A stretch of 57,086 nucleotides of DNA from Octopus bimaculoides (GCF_001194135.2 NC_068983.1:51887354-51944439); one strand, 5' to 3'; shown: positions 39,580 through 52,430, counted from the first letter of the stretch. Program-made: numbers and translations. Notes: a model not told the origin generated them from the sequence alone.

Positions 39580-41504
39580 TGTATGTATGTATGTATGCAT
39601 GCATGTATGTGTATGGAGATGCTTCTCTAATTATATGTCTGCTAATGTATATGCGTGAGCGTTAATCGTTTATCAACGAAGATCGTCGAAGAAAAAAATC
39701 ATAAAATCACGGAAATATAGCATATTTAATATGAAACAGGTGAAACAGCTCACTCGGCTGAACACTTCAGAACATTAAATCAATTTTGCTACTAATATCC
39801 TCGAATGTCTATCATGATTTTCTTGTAAAACCTGTAAGGTGCTAAATCTGCAAAGTATTTGAGAGAAATTATAATTTGAAGTGAATTTTGCATGAAATGG
39901 TGATAAATGAAATTAAAAATTTGCTGAATTGAATTTACAAAAGAAAATAGATTAGGCAAACCCACAACGGAAAGTCACCAAATATAAGAATATTGTAAGA
40001 TTACTGACAAACCTTTACAGATATAAGCATGTGTCTTAGGTTAATGTCTATATATGTTCGGTTTAGCTTTGTGTAGATTCATTGTCGTTAATTTGCGTTA
40101 GTGTACTTTAGGAACGCCGTTTAGGGTTAAACAAACTCTACGTTAAAGATTCGATTCCAAGTATAGTCATTTATAGACATTCTGTAACCTGCAATTTGTA
40201 ATTACGAAGACAGAAATGATCTGACTCAGTAATGGCAAAATTAGTTGTCAATAACAGTAATGTGCAGGTATAATATAGATTACTATAGATCAATACTTTT
40301 ATTTTGTTGGAATTCAGGATTTGATGTTGCATTTGATATTTCTGCCATTAGTAAGTAGCAGTTATAGTAGGAACTGCTTTCAACTAAAGAAACCAATGTC
40401 ATGTAAAATGTCCTGCGGTAACTAAGCAAGAAATCTATAATTTTCTACATATTTATGCAAATGTATTTTAAGACGCAAATTCATATTTGTAATTTAATTA
40501 ACATCTGAATACCGTGGCAAGTTCCTATATTCTTACTACAAAGATACCAACATTGTCTGCACATTAGATTTCTACATAAGCAGATTAAAATGACTTAAAT
40601 GTTGAACATTTGCAAGACTTATTCGTTTGTACTATAAGTTCAATAAAGTAATGGTAGAATGATCTCTTCAAGTGAATAATGAGATTCTGCCGAGTACGTA
40701 CATATCAGATTTAATGGCACGTTCGCAGCTTTGGTTTGAAACCATTTATCAGTCCATCAAGTCGATAACTGTGATAATGTCATAAGGTTAACACCTAAAG
40801 TCAGATCTCAAACGGATTATTGTACTGTCCTGTTTCATATACGGTGCAATTAAAAACCATTTATCTTACTACTAGCGATCAATTATCAAACTGCTGCCTC
40901 TACGAGAAGAAAGTGTTTCCATTTAATATATAATCTTCTTTGGTTGGAAAATAGTTTCAACAAAAAAGAAAACAAATTTTTCCTTCAACGATTTCTATCT
41001 CATAGAAATATATGACATATATGTCTTTTATTCTACATATTGATGGCAGATTGCGTTAGGACTAAATTATAGCTTATGTTGTATTGAGACATTGATTAAT
41101 AGCATTACTTCGCGGAGAGAAAAGAATAAGTATTGTAGCTTTGCAAATCAATATGTATAGTAGGAAGCGGTAATGGTAAGGAGCTATATTCAAAATAGAA
41201 GCCAACGAAATAGTAAATTATCGATGGTCTCCATTGAGGCTTCAATCGATAAACAAAGTTACAATGATGTTCCATGACATCTATCCGATTTTTGCCCTGG
41301 GGGTAACTTAATAACTGCACCTTGGTGTAACATCGAATCTGTCTAGATTGGATGGAATGGAATTAATAACATACACGGAAATTATGGGTACTGTTTGATG
41401 TACTACTCAGTTAATTTTTAAACGCAAACATTTAGTCAACTTTCTTCCTTTTATTCTTAGCTAAATTAAAATATGGAAATAATAATTATTTGTATTATAG
41501 GTAA

Positions 41505-41710
41505 AAGGCCTGAAATTGTGTGGAGGGCGATAGGCGATTACTCTCATTTCAGTACCTGGCTGGTGCTTATTTTACAGGCCCACGCCTCACGCCACCGAAA
41601 GACAAATGGTGAAGGGACCCCGGCGGAGTTTCAATTCATTACGTAAAGCAGGATCAAATGCAGCCAAGTAATTTGTCTGACGCGATAACAATTCTACCAT
41701 TTCGCTACCT
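41505..41710 (-). mobile_element. Highly degraded SINE family 'A' copy
   Basis: Same order of blocks as the 56934-57075 copy (CTGGTGCTTATTT..CCCCGGCGGAGTTT..ACGTAAAG..ATAACAATTCTACCA..CGCTACCT). Confidence 0.5.
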
Positions 41711-42226
41711 TAAAACATGGAAGTAATAATAATCATTTTTACCGATTAGTCAATAATAATAATAACGATTGAAAATAAGCGGTTCATTAGTGTAATTGAT
41801 GTTAAGCCCTTCAACGAGGAATCAATAAATTTTATATTTGAAATTAATATGTAGACTAAGCAATATTCACTGCCTGTGTCTAGAAATAATGACTACCGAG
41901 TGTCTTTAACAACGTGCTGAATAAATATCTCTAACAGCTACTTTCAAACAGTCAAATTTCTGCTAAATATATAAATGCAATATCCAATATTGTTCAAAAT
42001 GAGTATGCCAGTTCTTCAATCAACTGAGTTGCATATTCATTGAATTATAGAACAAATGGCGGTGTGTTACTTAGAACAAGAACACTTAACTTAATTATCA
42101 GGTAGAATTAGCGAGAATGTTTTTTTTACAAAACTAATCTTTGAAAATTACTCGTCCACTGACACCAACAACGTTCTACACAATTCTTTCCTAGGTCAAC
42201 CTGCAACTAAGACAACAAAAGGTATG

Positions 42227-42573
42227 TACGTTATTTACATTTCACGGATATTTGTCCTCATCTTGTTTGTTGTTAACATATCGGCTGATACACCCTCCAG
42301 CCTTCATCAGGTGTCTTACGGAAATTTCGCATTCCTAAGACATTTTTCGATGTTATTATTACTATTATTATTACTAATATATTCAGGACAATGCCTGAAA
42401 TCGAACTAGGAATATTGGCACTAGTAGCCCGCGCTCTTAACCATTACGCCATATGCCCGTGGGCATATGGCGTCCCCAAGATACCTGATGCGGGCTGGAG
42501 GGTATATCGTCCAAAACGCTGTGTTAACAACAAACAAGATGGGGACAAATATCCGTCCTATGTAAATAATGTA
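42227..42573. mobile_element. Palindromic dimer of family C element, copy 2
   Basis: A full minus-strand monomer (42227-42458) is joined head-to-head via ACGCCATATGCCC-GT-GGGCATATGGCGT to a plus monomer. The plus monomer is deleted between the A box and the HHR. Confidence 0.9.
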
Positions 42574-43931
42574 AATGTACATATTTTGTATTTAATATAT
42601 TTAGTGTACCTAATTTGCTTATCTGCATAATTGCCTCTATATCTGCTGAACTTGATCCTACTTCTAGCCACCCTATACCTTCCGGAAACGGCTCCCTGTA
42701 AAGACATGGAAAAAGGTTTGAATATTTTGAGCACAACAATGTGTCTTCTGTACTAATAATCCCTGAATGTCCTTTGTGGACTAACACGCACGCACGCGCG
42801 CACGCGCACGCACACGCACACACACACATATTATTTATGTGCGTGTGTTTGCCTGTCTGTAACACATATACGCATACGCACGCATACAGCCCTATAAACA
42901 TTTATATACAAATGCGTATATTTATATATATATATTCATATAGTTATAAAATAAGTCACGTCAACCATCTCAGATTATTCTATTGTTAGACAAATCAGAA
43001 GCAAGTGGATATTATTTCTGAATCCCATTCATTTGATTACATATGCGAGACAATATGGCACTAACACTTATTGTGCAGAACGTTCCTCTGAGATATTACC
43101 ACAGAGTCATCGATATCCTGCATCATCTTCACTATATTCTCTTTATTTAGTATCGTCATATTATAAAATGTTTCACTGAGGAAATCTAACAAAATCGTAA
43201 AATATCAGTTGATTTTATTGGTCAATTATCAGGAGCCAATTCACATTATTTGGTCTTTAATGCCCCCAAAATTTCGATGAACTTAACATCCTCTGGTTGC
43301 AGTCTCTTCCGATTAGAGACAACTACAGTTAGGATTTTCAGAAACTAGTTGCGTAGATAATTCAGTCGTCCGAAGTATGTAGTATACTGAGCTCTCACGA
43401 GAGTGAGGTATCTTGTTCAGTCATATAATCAACGTATATGCTTACGTGTGTGTTTATACATATCACAATACACTAAGGTAAGAGAACAATCTAAGTAAGT
43501 AATAATTTAACACATTTTATATATTTCGTTTGCGTATACGTGATGTTATCTATTCTATTCATTATTTATGCCACCGAAAATGAAGGGCTGTCTGATGGTT
43601 TGGGTTTTTAGTTTAAGTGATTGCTTTTTAGTTATTTCATTACATTTCAGTAATTTATGAACACCATAACTGAATTCGTTCTTCGTCAACGTATGACGGA
43701 AGTGAACTATAAAAATAGAAGTCGTCTCAACGCCTCTCTTTATTTATATCCTATCCTTAACATTCTTTCTTTTGCTCGAATACTGCTGGAGTCAGAATTC
43801 GCATTTTATACCATTGGGTTCTATAGAATATATAAACTGTTCCCTGGTGGTTTTAATTCTATATTTCTCGCTTCCATAATTACCAAATTAAGATCTCACT
43901 ATTGTATTTCAGGGCAAGAAGCTGAAGTACA

Positions 43932-43974
<43 letters not shown>

Positions 43975-44032
43975 TGCAATAAAAATATTTCGCAAAATAA
44001 AGGAAGAATGCAGGAAATATGGTAATTTGGTT

Positions 44033-44791
44033 NNNNNNNNNNNNNNNNNNNNNNNNNNNNNNNNNNNNNNNNNNNNNNNNNNNNNNNNNNNNNNNNNNNN
44101 NNNNNNNNNNNNNNNNNNNNNNNNNNNNNNNNNNNNNNNNNNNNNNNNNNNNNNNNNNNNNNNNNNNNNNNNNNNNNNNNNNNNNNNNNNNNNNNNNNNN
44201 NNNNNNNNNNNNNNNNNNNNNNNNNNNNNNNNNNNNNNNNNNNNNNNNNNNNNNNNNNNNNNNNNNNNNNNNNNNNNNNNNNNNNNNNNNNNNNNNNNNN
44301 NNNNNNNNNNNNNNNNNNNNNNNNNNNNNNNNNNNNNNNNNNNNNNNNNNNNNNNNNNNNNNNNNNNNNNNNNNNNNNNNNNNNNNNNNNNNNNNNNNNN
44401 NNNNNNNNNNNNNNNNNNNNNNNNNNNNNNNNNNNNNNNNNNNNNNNNNNNNNNNNNNNNNNNNNNNNNNNNNNNNNNNNNNNNNNNNNNNNNNNNNNNN
44501 NNNNNNNNNNNNNNNNNNNNNNNNNNNNNNNNNNNNNNNNNNNNNNNNNNNNNNNNNNNNNNNNNNNNNNNNNNNNNNNNNNNNNNNNNNNNNNNNNNNN
44601 NNNNNNNNNNNNNNNNNNNNNNNNNNNNNNNNNNNNNNNNNNNNNNNNNNNNNNNNNNNNNNNNNNNNNNNNNNNNNNNNNNNNNNNNNNNNNNNNNNNN
44701 NNNNNNNNNNNNNNNNNNNNNNNNNNNNNNNNNNNNNNNNNNNNNNNNNNNNNNNNNNNNNNNNNNNNNNNNNNNNNNNNNNNNNNNNNNN
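44033..44791. other. Largest assembly gap (others include about 1.4, 2.6, 5.2, 32.9, 35.3, 35.8, 37.9, 46.4 and 50.2 kb)
   Basis: N runs, most bordered by (TA)n or (CA)n. Confidence 0.98.
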
Positions 44792-44830
44792 GCGCACACG
44801 CACACACACGCACACACACGCACACACACG

Positions 44831-44865
<35 letters not shown>

Positions 44866-45386
44866 CAAACTTATTAATAATGATTATTGGGCTAATTTGG
44901 GAAGTAAATCGGCATTTTTTTCTATTTGCTGCCGATAAAAGACTGCGCTTGCGCGGTGGATTTGAAAAATTATAACATGTAAGCACGACGCATGTTCTGT
45001 ATTGCCCCGTATCTATATGTTAATCTTAGCTTTCCAGCTGATGATAGCCCCGCCTAGGAAATTATTTTATTTGCTAAAGATAGCTTGAAACCATGGTATA
45101 AGAAATAGATGGAAAATATTTTAAATTTTCATTCCCTTTCGAAATTATCCCTAATAGTCGTCTGGATTTTAACTGCATATTCTAGCGGAGTTGATGTCCT
45201 ATTATGCCCATGTCTTATGTGTCCAAATGTACACTGTATATATATATATATATATATACATATGTATTATTATGTTATTATGACAGTCATTTACCGAAAC
45301 GCATGTATTTTTAATGTTTTATGCTACATCTGTTTCCTGTATGTTCTGAAAGATTTCAACTTTTAGCACAAAAACAGCATGTTCAC

Positions 45387-45531
45387 GGAATGGGGCTATT
45401 CAATTACCGTGCTCATCTAGTTCCTATTTTTAGTTACTCCGAAAGGATGAAAGGCAGTGTAGACCTCGGCCAAATTTGAACTTACAACGTCAAGACAGCC
45501 GTAACGGTAACGGTTCTGCCAACTCGCCACC
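45387..45531 (-). mobile_element. SINE family 'A' copy with head deletion
   Basis: Minus strand GGTGGCGAGTTGGCAGAACCGTTA..GTAAGTTCAAATTTGGCCGAGGTCTACACTGCCTTTCATCCTTTCGG. Confidence 0.8.
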
Positions 45532-45544
45532 TGCTTATATATAT

Positions 45545-46120
45545 AGAAACAAAGAAGCCTTCACCATCATCACCCAAAACATGCCAATGCTACATAAGGA
45601 CCCCAAATTGAAGGAAATTTTACACACACACAAAGTCATCAAAAGCCACAAACAACCAAAATCACTGAAAAAGATCCTCACAAAGGCAAAATTACTTTCC
45701 GAAACAACAGATGCGAAAGTAAACAAATGTGGTCGACCAAATTGTGCAACATGCCCAAACATTCTAGAAGGTTCAGAATTCCTCTTCAAAGAGGGACACA
45801 AATTTAAAGTTAAATCTAACTTTACTTGTGCCTCAGAAAATCTTATTTATGTAATATGTTCGGGCTGCCACGAGAACTACATAGGGTCCACAGGATAATC
45901 GCTCAGACGTAGATGCACTCTGCACCACCAGCAGATTGCACACCCAGAATACCGAATGATACCTTTTAGTGATCATATTGAAAAATGCGCAAAGCAAATG
46001 CTACCACAATTTATAATCTTTCCTTTTTATCAATGTGCCATTAAAACACCAACACATATAAGATTAAATAAGGAAACCTTTTTCATTCAAAAATACAAAC
46101 CCCAACTTTACCATTGCTAA
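45545..46120 (+). mobile_element. 5'-truncated Penelope-like element: linker + GIY-YIG endonuclease (one premature stop)
   Basis: A single frame gives …KQPKSLKKILTKAK…KCGRPNCATC…FTCASENLIYVICSGCHENYIGSTG*SLRRRCTLHHQQI…FSDHIEKC…RLNKETFFIQKYKPQL. It shows the LIY-YIG motif, the conserved Arg/His/Glu and the Cys cluster; TAA lies at 45896. Confidence 0.92.
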
Positions 46121-46321
46121 CACATTTAAATAAGGAAATTCATCACCCCACTGAGAGAAAAAGGGGCAAATAGTATAGAACAAAACCATGGTAAATTAAT
46201 CAAATTCTACCACCTCCTAGATTTCGATTATCTCGCCTATACCGGAAGAAATCCCTAATTACCTCCCCCTATCTAGAACTCTTCTTTCTCAGACTGGAAC
46301 GAACACGACACAATGAAGTAG

Positions 46322-46358
46322 AGAAATTTGAAAAGACAACACGAAACCGGTTATTTCT
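46322..46358 (+). ncRNA. Minimal hammerhead relic in the 3' region of the Penelope element
   Basis: AGAAAT-[TTGAAAA]-G(ACAACA)C-GAAAC-CG-GTT^ATTTCT. Stem I is a perfect 6 bp, ACCGGT is palindromic, and the core differs from CTGAAGA by 2 transitions. Confidence 0.55.
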
Positions 46359-47699
46359 NNNNNNNNNNNNNNNNNNNNNNNNNNNNNNNNNNNNNNNNNN
46401 NNNNNNNNNNNNNNNNNNNNNNNNNNNNNNNNNNNNNNNNNNNNNNNNNNNNNNNNNNNNNNNNNNNNNNNNNNNNNNNNNNNNNNNNNNNNNNNNNNNN
46501 NNNNNNNNNNNNNNNNNNNNNNNNNNNNNNNNNNNNNNNNNNNNNNNNNNNNNNNNNNNNNNNNNNNNNNNNNNNNNNNNNNNNNNNNNNNNNNNNNNNN
46601 NNNNNNNNNNNNNNNNNNNNNNNNNNNNNNNNNNNNNNNNNNNNNNNNNNNNNNATATATATATATATATATATATATAAACATATTGCAGCAGAAACAA
46701 CAATTCAATAATCTTTATTTCTTCGCTATTTTTTCGCTAAACACAATAACATTTCGTCCTGAAAATTTCCATTTTGCATATTTCCTTTGAGAAGTGCTTT
46801 GTATTAAGCTACAAATATAAATCGAATCGCCCGTCAGAAAAGCGACAATAATTGATTTTACTGCTATTACAAATCAAATTCTAGTGGCAAATTGCGGGCA
46901 AATTACAAGTGTCTTTTGTTAAATTTTCATATTTTCCTATTGTTATATTATTAATTTTCATGCTCTCTCTTTCCGGGAAATACAACAATTACTAGCATTA
47001 TATGCATCATTGTATACGTATAATATATACAATGTTGTCTATTGATATATTCAAAATTTCAGCACATTCTACTTATTTGCAATTTCCCGTAAACAAATTT
47101 AGTTTGTGATAACTGCAAAGTAAGCGATATGATTGAAATATTGCTGAGTGTTAAAACGTTTCAGAGATTAGAAAATATTTAAAATAGCATTGTGTTATGA
47201 CAAAAATAGAATAACTAGTTGCGATTCCAAGTCAAAAATGCATGAAATATTTTCACTCGGAATTTATATATTCGTTTTGAAATAAGTGGACACAATAATA
47301 TACATACTCGCGCGCGTGTGTGTGTGTGTGTGTGTGCACAATGTTTGTAATTTTTGGTGTCATACGTCAATACTACAATACTTTTGTCAAGTGTAAATAT
47401 CTAATTGTTAGTAAATAATGAATTTCAGAGAAATATATTCATTTTAAACAACAGTAAACTGTATTTTTTCTAAACGATGTGGTGAAAATTAAATTATGAA
47501 TGAGACTACACCATTGTCTATTGATAATAAGAAATATTTGGAAAAGATACATTGGAAAGACGTGGCAACATTTCGATAGGTGAAAAATCTCTTTTATAAA
47601 CAATTATGAATCAGAAGAGATAACAATAAGTTCGAAAGAGCAATATACATACATACATACAGATAGCTAGTTAGCTTGCTAAATATAGATATCATGGTA

Positions 47700-47956
47700 C
47701 CAACTAGAATATCGGTGTTTGTTCAACATCACAGGCCACTGTGCACTTTGCGTTGTTTCAGCTTTTGAACGATGCCACTTTACTGGCTAGACGAACAGGC
47801 CAGCATTTCCCCTGGATTAGAAAGCTATTTATTTACAGGGTTATCCATTTACAACTATATGGACTTCAATAAAATGAAGTGTTTTTCTCTCGGTCCAGGA
47901 ATCGAATCACAAATAGCGATAATGAGTGCAACAACCTTACCCATAGGCCACGTGGC
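47700..47956 (-). mobile_element. Degraded tRNA-derived SINE
   Basis: Minus-strand head GCCACGTGGCCTATGGGTAAGG…GATTCGATTCCTGGACC. Confidence 0.55.
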
Positions 47957-48529
47957 ATGCGTGTGCATGTACTCGTGTGTAAGTATGTATATATGTGTAT
48001 ATTACTGTCGTTATTTTTCAATCTATAGCGAACTGTATTCCTTATTTCTGCAGAGGGTTCCTTACGTACACTTCAGATTCAATAGCAGCTCCCATTTGAT
48101 AAGAAAGCAGTTTGTCCGGGATAAATAATGGTCAATTTTGCAGAATAGCCCTTGAATCTAAATATAAACCCAACTCCCATTTGTTACATAATTAAATATT
48201 TTACCAAGACTCGAAAACAGGATTCGTGACATGTTTCGAGCCAAAATTATCTTATTCCCTTAACAGAATTCTACTGCTACCAACATACATAAACTAACGA
48301 CCTGATAGTTGTCAAAATAAAGTTAACAATTGCACGAAATACCAAAGTCTGATATACGTGGTGCGTTTCACAGTTGCAAGGCAAATATCGAAAACTGCTC
48401 TGATTTGTTTGATCCAAAATTAGATGCGGCTTTCCAAGTCATATATATATTCAGGAGGTCGGTTTTCTGGTTTCTGGCTTTTGTGCCATATATATATTAC
48501 TAGCTGAGTGGGACGCGGGCTTGTCTCAA

Positions 48530-48643
48530 GATTACTTCATTGTGCCAGGTTAGTGTAGTAGAACAATGCATTGTACAGTCAGGGAATGGAAACCACAATC
48601 TTACGATCATGAGTGCAATGCCTTAACCACTATGCCACGGGCC
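48530..48643 (-). mobile_element. tRNA-derived SINE head
   Basis: Minus strand GGCCCGTGGCATAGTGGTTAAGGCATTGCACTCATGATCGTAAGATTGTGGTTTCCATTCCC, with an A box and a degenerate B box. Confidence 0.65.
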
Positions 48644-49389
48644 TTTACTTTATAATAGGGGGCTGTATAAGATTTATATAAGGTGCACTGCACAGCATTT
48701 GCATGTGTAAGCTCATACAATAAACTATATGAGACTGAGGACAGAAGTGAGATTGAGGAGAGAAAATTATAAAGTACTGTTTGTCGACCACAATGAAATG
48801 CTACAGATTGAGAAGTACAAGTGGGCGTATGGTGATATTGCCATTTTTAGTTTAAAAATCAATGCCCAATATGAATTAATAGTCTGCTTCAATGCGCTTC
48901 GTATAGCAGAAAAGAATAATGATTTCCAATTGTGGAACAAGGTCAGTCATTGCAAAGTAGGCGTAAATTCGATTTAAATCGACACGTGTTCAACTGCTAT
49001 TTGTTTTAGCGACCTCATGAGTATCAACGGCAAAGTCGACCTGGGTGGAATTTAAACTTAGTAATTTATGAGGAGGAAGCATTTTGAGAGATGTGCCCAC
49101 AATCCTGCCCTGCACAATTCAGAGCCTTAATATAATATATATGATAATGATAATTTGAATCTGAAGTAATAAAGCATGGACATTTTTATCCTATGTGAAA
49201 ACCGAAAACCATTGTCAAAGACATGTGCAGTACTGAGAAATTGCCGCATGCATATAAAAAGGCTCACTAAATAAAAAAGAAAAAAAATCCTAATTTTGCT
49301 ATTAACCAGATCTAGTAAATAATCTAAATATTAGTGCAAGCCTACATTCTGTAAGATAGAATAAATAGTTTGTAATAAGATGAAGTAAC

Positions 49390-49560
49390 ATGGAAGTGTG
49401 CGGATTAGTGGCTAGCATGTTGCACACATTATCGTAGGGTTGTGGTTTCGATTCCTAATTACAATGATGCGTTGTGTTCATTTCACGTCCTTCCTGTCCC
49501 CTTAGATGACAAAAATGTGTAATCCGGCGTCCAGGCCGCCGAGAAGAGGAAACCGGCCTT
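49390..49560 (+). mobile_element. Degraded tRNA-derived SINE, related to the 48.6-kb head
   Basis: TAGTGGCTAGCATGTTGCACACATTATCGTAGGGTTGTGGTTTCGATTCC. Confidence 0.55.
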
Positions 49561-50191
49561 ATGAGTCTATTGTTCGGGAAAGACCTGTTGTCTTATTTCT
49601 TTCATATCTTTTAGCACACATTTAAATATTACGATTTTGGCATAATGACACTCCTTAGACACAATAAATATTACGACAATAGGCAAAATTTTATGTTGCA
49701 TATTGCGACCTGATACGTATTGCGAAAGGATTATATAGCAGTATACTATCGATATGTGCATATGATTGTTATCATTAATTGTAATCTCGACTCCGTTTTG
49801 AAACATAATATACCAATACTAATTGAAACATCATACACTGCAAAGAGTAATGCAAATTGCAGCGTATTACGATGTTTTATTATAATAAGTGTTATTGCAA
49901 AACGCAACCTATCAATACCCATTTGTCACGATAGTATCAAATTGGTAATCTGGCCCGTTGGTGTTTTATCAATAAGATAGTAATTATTAGTTAAACTTTC
50001 ATTATTTAAGTAATTATTTTCAACAGTTATCGATACCGTTCATTTATTAATCAAAAGCAACACATGCATACATATATATGTATGTATGTATGCCAGTGTG
50101 TCAATGTATGTGTGTCTGTGTAAACTGCTACAGGGTTAAATATCTATTTTACTTGATAAAATTCTAGACGGTACGGGTCGTTGATACACCC

Positions 50192-50238
<47 letters not shown>

Positions 50239-50989
50239 NNNNNNNNNNNNNNNNNNNNNNNNNNNNNNNNNNNNNNNNNNNNNNNNNNNNNNNNNNNNNN
50301 NNNNNNNNNNNNNNNNNNNNNNNNNNNNNNNNNNNNNNNNNNNNNNNNNNNNNNNNNNNNNNNNNNNNNNNNNNNNNNNNNNNNNNNNNNNNNNNNNNNN
50401 NNNNNNNNNNNNNNNNNNNNNNNNNNNNNNNNNNNNNNNNNNNNNNNNNNNNNNNNNNNNNNNNNNNNNNNNNNNNNNNNNNNNNNNNNNNNNNNNNNNN
50501 NNNNNNNNNNNNNNNNNNNNNNNNNNNNNNNNNNNNNNNNNNNNNNNNNNNNNNNNNNNNNNNNNNNNNNNNNNNNNNNNNNNNNNNNNNNNNNNNNNNN
50601 NNNNNNNNNNNNNNNNNNNNNNNNNNNNNNNNNNNNNNNNNNNNNNNNNNNNNNNNNNNNNNNNNNNNNNNNNNNNNNNNNNNNNNNNNNNNNNNNNNNN
50701 NNNNNNNNNNNNNNNNNNNNNNNNNNNNNNNNNNNNNNNNNNNNNNNNNNNNNNNNNNNNNNNNNNNNNNNNNNNNNNNNNNNNNNNNNNNNNNNCTTTT
50801 CAGCATCTCCTAGTATATATATGTATATATATATATATATATATATGACCAAATGTCACCCGACAGAATTATAAAAACCTTTTGATTCCAGGATCAAATC
50901 AAAAATTATTTCATAAGAGACTGCGCTAATTAGTAGACAGATGTTGAAAAAGAAGAACTATGATTTTAAATCTCAACATTCAATTATTA

Positions 50990-51082
50990 AACATTCGTAA
51001 TTGGAATGAATAAATAGAATTGAATATTAAGTATTTATGGAACTTTAATTTACTGTCGGTTTAATTTTTGGTCAACCCTGTA
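50990..51082 (+). mobile_element. Possible Tc1/mariner right end
   Basis: …TTTTTGGTCAACCCTG-TA resembles Tc1/maT-type TIRs (CAGGGT…). No convincing left TIR is present. Confidence 0.35.
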
Positions 51083-52430
51083 TGTATGTATGTGTGTGTG
51101 TTTATATATATATATAAGTGTATACGTGTGTGTGTACGTGTCTGTTTATATATTTTTGTGCGTATGCGTAATGTATAATGGTTACATATTTTATATTTTT
51201 AACCGACTAAGTACATCATGTGTCGTGGCTCAAAGTATATTCAAAATACTGAATTTACTGCGGAAATGATAAAAAGAAAAATTCATTCATGTAAATGAAA
51301 ATGTTTGCGACAAGTAGAAAATGGGTGAATAAGGATATAGAATTATGCAAGGACAGGAGTGTTTTCTCATCATTGGTAACTATGGATACACCTTCATAGT
51401 CACGTTTTAATGCATTACTTATATTCATCCTATTTGCCACTTTTTGTGTGGATGTCGACGAATGTATATCAATAAGTTAGATTGAATATAAAAAAAAAAA
51501 AAATTGATTTTCAAGTTAAGAAAAGGTTACATATTATAATGTTGACTATCATCGATTTTGCCAACCACAATACTTGACAGATACTAATTTTTTCTACACA
51601 AAATAAGTATAGAAATTAAAAAATATTCTCGACGGGATTGTAACGGAAAACCGGCCACGTCATTTCACATCGTCACTATACTATAGCTAAACTTTCTGCC
51701 ACCACGTCACCAATGAACAGTATTAATACCAAGAGGGTTATAAGTCATAGTTACAATCCATGACGAAAATTAACACTAGGCTTATGCAATATTCCTGAAT
51801 TCAAAAAATAGCCTATACACCGTAAATAACGTAATTAAATCAGTGTGATAAATATACGCATTAGCATGATATTCAAACTGAAATAAACTGCTTTATTGAC
51901 GTAGTTAATCAGTACTTTACGTAATAGCATTTCCTTTATATACAGATTCAATATTTCCTTTTTTACATACAGTCTTCATATCTTACTAACGGTAATATTA
52001 GTACCAAACAAATATTTACATCCCATTCAAACGTACACTTCCGCCCGCTTTCTTCGTCTCATAAGACTATGGCTCAGCACCTGAAAATACCTCCACAAAA
52101 CATTCTAAGGAATTAAACACTGTAACCAAGTACGCGACTCTCCCTTCCACAGGATACAGATTTGGTCGTAATGCAGTAGGGTATCACGTTTGATGTTGCT
52201 TAATAGCAGTAAAGTCATTGAAGAGATAGCTCTCATAATGCACACACATGCACACGCACTCAAACACATGCACAACATATGCACACCACACACACACCAC
52301 ACACACAACACAAACACGCACTTACTCTCAAACACACATACACACGCACACACGGACACACATACATACATACATATATGTATGTATATATATATTTACC
52401 TGTAATTTTGGATTTTGTCCCTAATAATAT

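Noticed and set aside
42224-42409. ORF MYVIYISRIFVLILFVVNISADTPSS… resembling a signal peptide
   Set aside because: It is the antisense reading of the family C HHR tail; the same text recurs at 37 kb.
42390-42458. tRNA gene candidate (A/B boxes, cloverleaf-like); also the heads at 13.76, 48.6 and 49.4 kb
   Set aside because: The stems are imperfect and the sequence continues into repeated SINE bodies, so these are SINE heads and not tRNA genes.
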